DNA of 64,000 bases from a virus (taxonomy: Duplodnaviria > Caudoviricetes): positions 1,951-65,950 of IMG/VR virus record IMGVR_UViG_3300033068_001013; one strand, 5' to 3'. Both the position numbers and the translations under genes were made by a program. Below the pieces are notes generated by a model. That model was not told where the DNA came from, ran no database searches, and worked only from the letters and a program-made list of their open reading frames with translations. Shown piece by piece: positions 60,333 through 64,000 of the stretch. Position 1 is the stretch's first letter; each line of letters begins with the position of its first letter.

Positions 60333-61546
60333 CTTACCCTCTCTTCAGTCCAGTCATTTATCTTCCACCAAACAAGTCCAGAGGATTCTTCTTTGATAAG
60401 AATATCCGCAGCGGCTAGTTCGTTGCAAGTACGGTCGAGGGTGGCCGGACTCAAACTTGTATGCCCAAGTTTACGAGCAAGCGTCAGGATATCTGCTGAC
60501 GGTACGGATTCCATTTTACGTTCATAACATATCTGTCGAATGGTTTGAGTGATAAACCACCGTCTCGGGGGGATGGAATCAATGGCGATTCGTTGAGCAA
60601 TTTCGAAGTCTTCCTTGGAGAGTGTGGTCCGTTTCATCAACTTCGAATGAGCTTTCGCGGTTAACCAACAAGCGGTCATGATCCGACCTGGACCTTCGGT
60701 ATCTGAGACATCTGTAATCTGTCCCTGACGATCTCGATCCACTGATCGCCTATACCGAGCAACAAGTGAGGCAACGAGATGAAGACCAGAAGCTTCGACT
60801 TCACTTCTGGTTAGTCGTTCTGTGGATGGGACTAAAGATCCTTCAAGCCATTCTCGTACATATCTCCCCAGTTCCTCCCGCATATCATGTCGATCATCTT
60901 GAACAGAGGCTTGCAATGCAAGCTGTTCCATGTCCCCCACTCTCCAGCGGACATATAAGAATCTCTCCCCAAGATCCCGCATCAACGACCAAGCTTTTTC
61001 GGCAGCACGGGTGGCTCCGCAGAGGATAGTACACTTCCCTTTCCATTCCTCTGTCTTTCCAATCCCCCAGTTCTTGGAGATGGAGCCGTCATAGACTTCT
61101 CTAAACTGAGATCCGATGGCATTTTTCGCATCACCACTCATGGATGAGATTGAAGAAAAGTCTGAGATCCAGAAGATAATAGACTCCCCAAGACGTCGCA
61201 GGAGTCCGGTTTCGCCGGACTTCTCCCCGGCCCTCCAACCACTCAGCAACGTTTTATCAGTGAGATTTGATAAAGTATAAACATCCTGAATGTGTTCCAG
61301 GATGGGCCCAACTTGACTTGTTTTCCCAGACCCGGATGGCCCAATCAACATCAACCATACTGGGGATGCTTGAGGAAAAATATGATGGGCGGCAGCTGCA
61401 GACGCCATAACCCGGATACCTTGGAGGTCTGGTTCATGGAAATAATCCTCCATCAATCCGGCCACTTTTTCCCACCGAATCGCGGCTTGACGCTCTTCGA
61501 AGGGGAAGGGCTTAAGTGTTTCAGTTTCAATAACTTGCGGTTCCAT
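60308..61546 (-). CDS. AAA+ (MCM-like) replicative helicase-like ATPase with C-terminal wHTH
   Basis: LIGPSGSGKT Walker A, FWISDF Walker B, REVYDG, CGAT sensor, LGERFL arginine finger. Confidence 0.7.
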   Translation of the reverse strand: MEPQVIETETLKPFPFEERQAAIRWEKVAGLMEDYFHEPDLQGIRVMASAAAAHHIFPQASPVWLMLIGPSGSGKTSQVGPILEHIQDVYTLSNLTDKTLLSGWRAGEKSGETGLLRRLGESIIFWISDFSSISSMSGDAKNAIGSQFREVYDGSISKNWGIGKTEEWKGKCTILCGATRAAEKAWSLMRDLGERFLYVRWRVGDMEQLALQASVQDDRHDMREELGRYVREWLEGSLVPSTERLTRSEVEASGLHLVASLVARYRRSVDRDRQGQITDVSDTEGPGRIMTACWLTAKAHSKLMKRTTLSKEDFEIAQRIAIDSIPPRRWFITQTIRQICYERKMESVPSADILTLARKLGHTSLSPATLDRTCNELAAADILIKEESSGLVWWKINDWTEERVRCLEDLVG

Positions 61547-61608
61547 TCGCTAACCTTTCATACTATATTACCCTAGTGGGCGGTCGGTTAGTTTAGCATA
61601 GAATCTAC

Positions 61609-62256
61609 TCAGGATACATTCTTACAAAACATACGCACACGAGGTTCGAAGGACCGTTGTAAAGTCCAATGAACATCCCGAGGGAGAGTTTTAGGGGTGA
61701 TGTGTGAAAATATATGCCCTAAAACATACAACGCACTGAAGCCTTCAGTTCGAATCGGGAGGCGCGTTTTCCAAAGTTCCAATTGTTTTCGTAGTTCTTT
61801 ACGAGATTGATGTGCTTCTATAATCTCCTTCACTGTTGGTTGTTTAAGCCAACGTTTGATTGAATGGAATAGATCTTGGTCATCACAAGGTAAGGGGTTA
61901 GTGTGCCAGTGATGTATCCATTGAGTTTGTTTCTTTACCCAAACATCTAGATACTGTAAGCCACGACGAGAGTGGAGAGTCCATTGTTCGGAGCCGGTTA
62001 TCCATAGAGGGTATGGGATTAGATATGACATCCCATAAGCCCGGTGACCGAGATGAAGTTGGATAGAATCTTCATCGTCCTCCATCCAAAACCGAAAACT
62101 TTTGGAAGTGCGAACTTCTCTAACAATTCCTTCGTCCAGCCGCCATCCAGGGATAGAGGTATTATCCCACTTCTCCAAACTAAGAAGATAACCAAGTCGA
62201 GAAAGTTGAGTAGCTACGTCTCTAAATTTCTCATCACGGGATCGGAGGATTTTCAT
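61609..62256 (-). CDS. hypothetical protein
   Basis: ORF track. Confidence 0.55.
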   Translation of the reverse strand: MKILRSRDEKFRDVATQLSRLGYLLSLEKWDNTSIPGWRLDEGIVREVRTSKSFRFWMEDDEDSIQLHLGHRAYGMSYLIPYPLWITGSEQWTLHSRRGLQYLDVWVKKQTQWIHHWHTNPLPCDDQDLFHSIKRWLKQPTVKEIIEAHQSRKELRKQLELWKTRLPIRTEGFSALYVLGHIFSHITPKTLPRDVHWTLQRSFEPRVRMFCKNVS

Positions 62257-62537
62257 TCAAGTCTCCTTTCATAAAACCTCCCTAATCCAACTTGAGAACA
62301 TTGCACCAATTCATCAATCATTTCCTGCATCTCCAAGTCATTCACAAATTCAACCGCAACTCCATTGAGTGGAGTTTCGTGGTTGACCTCCCAAAAATCA
62401 ACTGCAATGGGGAAGAAGCTTATCTCACTAAGCAACTTCCCCCCGCAGGTGAGTTTCCAGACCAGGGCCGGAGGTGGGGTCAAACTCTCACGGTAGGTCG
62501 GCGGTCCGGCTAATATCGTCCTTGATGCTTGTTTCAT
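62253..62537 (-). CDS. hypothetical protein
   Basis: ORF track. Confidence 0.45.
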   Translation of the reverse strand: MKQASRTILAGPPTYRESLTPPPALVWKLTCGGKLLSEISFFPIAVDFWEVNHETPLNGVAVEFVNDLEMQEMIDELVQCSQVGLGRFYERRLE

Positions 62538-63612
62538 AGAACATACTATAGAACGTCATCTGCTCTTCAAACAAGGTATCGAGGAGATCTTCCTTTTGAG
62601 AAGAGGTCAGAGTGGACATCGTAGGATCTCGTTCGATAATCGCCATCAAGGTTTCTCGTGAACGCCACTCGGGGATGGTGGAGGCGAGCTTGGGTTCTTT
62701 CTCTTCGGCCGGAGGCAGGAGACGAAGATTGTGTTCAACGGCTGCGGCCGAAGAGTCTGCGACATCGGTCGAATAATCGGCGTAGGAACGATAATAATCC
62801 TCGTACGGGTCGATCTGCTGTACCAGCGCCCCCTTTCCCGAGTTCGCATGCGCGTCCCACTTGTAGCTGCGCCGTCCCGATCTGCCCGTAGCTTTGACCG
62901 AAACGGCTAGAGCTTTTGGGAGTTGGGTTGCGATCTGGGATTCGGGAAGGACTTCAGGAATAAAAGCTTTCTTCGCGTAATAGGTTTCTTCCAGACCACA
63001 GTCCGCTTTGGCGGCAATTTTAACTATCGAAGTGAGGGTAATGTTCGCCTTCGGACAATCCCCGAGATCGGTACCGATTGTGGTATCCCACACTTCGATC
63101 CATTCTTCGGGCCAGTCTTCAATAATCTCCCCAGTATCGGGGTCGGTGGGAACGATGGACATCGCACAGAGCCCGAGAGTTCCACAGTCCAACAAAACTT
63201 TCCCGACGGCTTTGTATTCGAAACCGAGAACCGATCCCTCGTCAGTTTCGATTTTGGTGGAAACGACAATTGAGGCACCGAATTTTTTATTGAAGTCCGT
63301 TACATCCGTGTCAGAAAAGAACGCCCCCATGCCATGGTGGGAATGCAACACACAGACATAGTTGGGTTCGACAACGAGGTTGTTGAATTTGACGGTCCCC
63401 ATTGTACGATCCTGATCGGGAACAACAAACCCGTCAATGACAACCTCCCGTCCGTTTGATCGACGTTCGCCAGTGAGAACAATCCCCCACTCATGACCTT
63501 TCTCTACTGCGAGAGTCGCGGTGAGTTCGATGAGGACGTTGGTGGGGATGTAAATTCTCCCCCGTATCCCCCGAGTACGTGGACAATCTGATGCGAATGG
63601 GATTGTGAACAT
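62488..63612 (-). CDS. JAB/MPN+ (JAMM) metalloisopeptidase
   Basis: E(WGIVL)...HSHHGMGAFFSDTD is the complete E...HxH-x7-S-x2-D motif. Confidence 0.88.
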   Translation of the reverse strand: MFTIPFASDCPRTRGIRGRIYIPTNVLIELTATLAVEKGHEWGIVLTGERRSNGREVVIDGFVVPDQDRTMGTVKFNNLVVEPNYVCVLHSHHGMGAFFSDTDVTDFNKKFGASIVVSTKIETDEGSVLGFEYKAVGKVLLDCGTLGLCAMSIVPTDPDTGEIIEDWPEEWIEVWDTTIGTDLGDCPKANITLTSIVKIAAKADCGLEETYYAKKAFIPEVLPESQIATQLPKALAVSVKATGRSGRRSYKWDAHANSGKGALVQQIDPYEDYYRSYADYSTDVADSSAAAVEHNLRLLPPAEEKEPKLASTIPEWRSRETLMAIIERDPTMSTLTSSQKEDLLDTLFEEQMTFYSMFYETSIKDDISRTADLP

Positions 63613-63621
63613 TTTGTCTCC

Positions 63622-63864
63622 TTAGTTGGGTAGAACCTTGAAAGATATGGGTTCATCTAGATCGAAGTCAAGCTCAAAAGGTTTGTAGTCTTTAACTGAG
63701 CGACCCTTGAGTACTAGAACCGCTACAGTTCCAACTAACTCGTCTGTCACTGGAGAATATAAGTTTCGAAGTCTGATACTGGCTGACTCAATAACTAAGG
63801 TATCGGCACGGTACTCAATCCTTTTATTAACCAATGAGGCAAGTAGCCATTCTTCGATAGTCAT
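63622..63864 (-). CDS. hypothetical protein, similar to the partial ORF 1..191
   Basis: TIEEWLLASLVNKRI vs TLDKIVSNALVGKYV. Confidence 0.55.
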   Translation of the reverse strand: MTIEEWLLASLVNKRIEYRADTLVIESASIRLRNLYSPVTDELVGTVAVLVLKGRSVKDYKPFELDFDLDEPISFKVLPN

Positions 63865-63867
63865 CTT

Positions 63868-64000
63868 AATCCCCTTTCGACCACACTTTCAGCAATGCAA
63901 GGGTGCAAACCAAAGCAAGAATTAGGAACCCAATCACCACTCCAAGTGTCGCACCCTGCACGATTACAGCAATGACAACAAACCAGGAAACAAGAAATGG
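63868..64000 (-). CDS. membrane protein, partial
   Basis: Open hydrophobic frame ...VVIGFLILALVCTLALLKVWSKGD*. Confidence 0.45.

Overview
The whole window looks like one dsDNA tailed phage genome, or most of one, with a podovirus-like layout. No flanking host genes or integrase are visible. The + strand from 10.1 to 49.1 kb is a late operon: TerS?/TerL, portal, scaffold, major capsid, adaptors, a 1,662-aa tail fibre/spike, nozzle, three ejection proteins and a lysis cassette. The - strand at 1-8.9 kb and 49.2-64 kb carries early and replication genes: dCTP deaminase, a family-A DNA polymerase with an intein, a Sak4-like ATPase, a Cas4-like nuclease, an AAA+ helicase-like protein and tRNAs. 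A 1.2-kb divergent non-coding region lies between the two arms. A TIGR03437-like lipoprotein weakly suggests an Acidobacteriota host (inference). Most striking observations: (1) a structured non-coding RNA in the tRNA cluster reproduces the 23S rRNA GTPase-associated (L11-binding) domain, with compensatory pairs and a 194-nt insert; (2) the phage encodes an E1/E2/JAB ubiquitin-like toolkit split across the two window ends; (3) the polymerase intein's HNH homing endonuclease is encoded in a different reading frame nested inside it; (4) the tail fibre starts with an apparent Sec signal peptide; (5) there is a tRNA-like gene with a CUA (amber) anticodon. All assignments come from motif recognition by eye; no searches were run.
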